Positions 63,194 through 64,000 of a stretch of 64,000 bases of DNA are shown here, one piece after another. Where the stretch lies: sequence record ON529850.1; one strand, written 5' to 3'. A program made the translations under genes and the position numbers. The notes beneath the pieces are model-generated. The model ran no database searches and was not told where the DNA came from. It was given only the letters and a program-made list of their open reading frames with translations. The number at the start of each line of letters is the position of its first letter. Positions within the stretch are counted from its first letter, which is position 1.

Positions 63194-63267
63194 GGGGGCG
63201 TCTCCGTTGTTGATGACACCCTTCTAGCGGGGCGCCGAAAGGGTGTCAACCTCTTTTTATCAGAAAA

Positions 63268-64000
63268 TCAGTCCCGCGTGTCGGCGATCATCTGCGCCGT
63301 CTCGGCGGCGATCTCGGCGCGCGGGCCGACCAGCAGCCAGCCGTCTTCGTCGGCGCTCGGGTCGAAGACGACCCAAGGCCCGGCGTATTGCGTCGCGCGC
63401 ACGATCAGCGCGGCCTTGATCGCCTCATGCCGGGCGGCGATCTCGTCCGGCGTCAGGGACGGGGCGCCCGAAAAGGCGTTGATTTCGAATCGGCCTTCAA
63501 AGAAGTCGGCGCGGCGGCGGAACCGATAGCCGCCCGCCCGCGTGGCGTGTTCGGCCTGCGAATAGATTTCGGCGCCGAACAGATGGCCCATCACGTCGCC
63601 CCTGTTCTGATTGGTCAGGAAGGCGGGCGGATCGACAAAGCGCACGATCAGGCCCAGGAATTCGCTTTCGGTGAAATAGCCGGTGACGACGGCGCGCCCC
63701 AGGTTGTTGAAGTTGGCTTCCACCTCGGCGCCGACGGCGGGCGGGGCGTCCACGCCGCCCCAGCGCGGCAGGCCCTTGGACGGGGCGATCTCGCCGTCTT
63801 CCAGCGTCTCCAGCGGCTCCCAGGCGGGCAGCTCCGGGGTCCAGCCGTAGGCGTAGGTGTCCAGCAGCCAGGACGGGCCGTAACGGTTGCGGATCAGCCG
63901 CAATTCGATCCCGTGGGTGTCGTCGTCCATCTCGGTCGAGTCGGCCCAGGCGTCGCACAGGACGTTCTTCCAGCCGGGGCCGTGCGCGTTGGCGAACGAT
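63268..64000 (-). CDS. Hypothetical protein, 5' end beyond the window
   Basis: The frame of track ORF 63268-63930 stays open to the window edge (…SFANAHGPGWKNVLCDAWADSTEMDDD…). Confidence 0.6.
   Translation of the reverse strand, partial: SFANAHGPGWKNVLCDAWADSTEMDDDTHGIELRLIRNRYGPSWLLDTYAYGWTPELPAWEPLETLEDGEIAPSKGLPRWGGVDAPPAVGAEVEANFNNLGRAVVTGYFTESEFLGLIVRFVDPPAFLTNQNRGDVMGHLFGAEIYSQAEHATRAGGYRFRRRADFFEGRFEINAFSGAPSLTPDEIAARHEAIKAALIVRATQYAGPWVVFDPSADEDGWLLVGPRAEIAAETAQMIADTRD

Larger units (their letters stand above)
29600..63260 (-). repeat. Dispersed family of ~45 intergenic junction modules: GC hairpin, GCGA-N5-TCGC, TTAA-NN-TTAA motif(s), A/T-rich UP tract, TTGACA-N17-TAGANN, CAAC-rich leader, GGAGA RBS
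   Basis: Example: RBS 42773-42777, -10 42793-42798 (TAGAGT), -35 42816-42821 (TTGACA), TTAACCAT 42841-42848, GTTAAGGTTAAC 42865-42876, GCGA-N5-TCGC 42877-42889; the same layout recurs before most genes. Confidence 0.9.
1..64000 (-). other. Segment of a phiCbK-like jumbo siphophage genome (Caulobacterales host inferred)
   Basis: Capsid, scaffold and portal genes; co-oriented dense small ORFs; CtrA-type and GANTC motifs typical of alphaproteobacteria; no host housekeeping genes seen. Confidence 0.85.

Noticed and set aside
29600-63260. Junction repeats as a CRISPR array
   Set aside because: The intervening sequences are whole genes of 200-1000 bp, the repeats are degenerate promoter/terminator modules, and no cas genes are present
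29600-63260. Junction motifs as integron attC sites
   Set aside because: GTTAAGG/CCTTAAC does not fit the RYYYAAC...GTTRRRY core with a long imperfect palindrome; cassettes carry their own promoters; no IntI is visible. Only the looser recombinase-site hypothesis is retained

Overview
This is a 64-kb segment of a large, GC-rich tailed-phage genome, most consistent with a phiCbK-like (Caulobacter/Brevundimonas-type) jumbo siphophage. The assignment is inferred from the major capsid and portal sequences, gene order and alphaproteobacterial regulatory motifs; no database search was run. Essentially all protein genes are on the minus strand, so transcription runs right to left. (i) From about 64 to 29.3 kb lies an early/accessory array of roughly 45 small units (manual count). 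Each unit has its own TTGACA-N17-TAGANN-type promoter, GGAGA RBS and GC hairpin, plus a conserved TTAA-NN-TTAA junction motif that often forms CtrA-type boxes. The array includes ArdC and a 38-aa ArfA-like ORF missed by the ORF track. (ii) From 29 to 11.7 kb are a trypsin-like protease, the portal and many small genes (HD, DHH and DEDD hydrolases, an HslV-like peptidase, HNH). (iii) From 11.5 kb to the window start are the scaffold, major capsid protein, a minor capsid/decoration protein and paralogous virion proteins. Only two plus-strand transcription units are apparent, and both look non-coding. One is a ~520-nt RNA at 7.33-7.85 kb with at least seven GNRA/UUCG-capped hairpins; the other is a ~170-nt RNA at 28.1-28.25 kb carrying an SD-led AUG-AAG-UGA minigene. 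A non-coding island at 44.4-44.84 kb holds 12 GANTC (CcrM) sites and tandem TTGAC repeats. The strongest novelty candidates are the large structured RNA, the phage ArfA-like peptide, the promoter-cassette array with its composite junction element, and the GANTC island.
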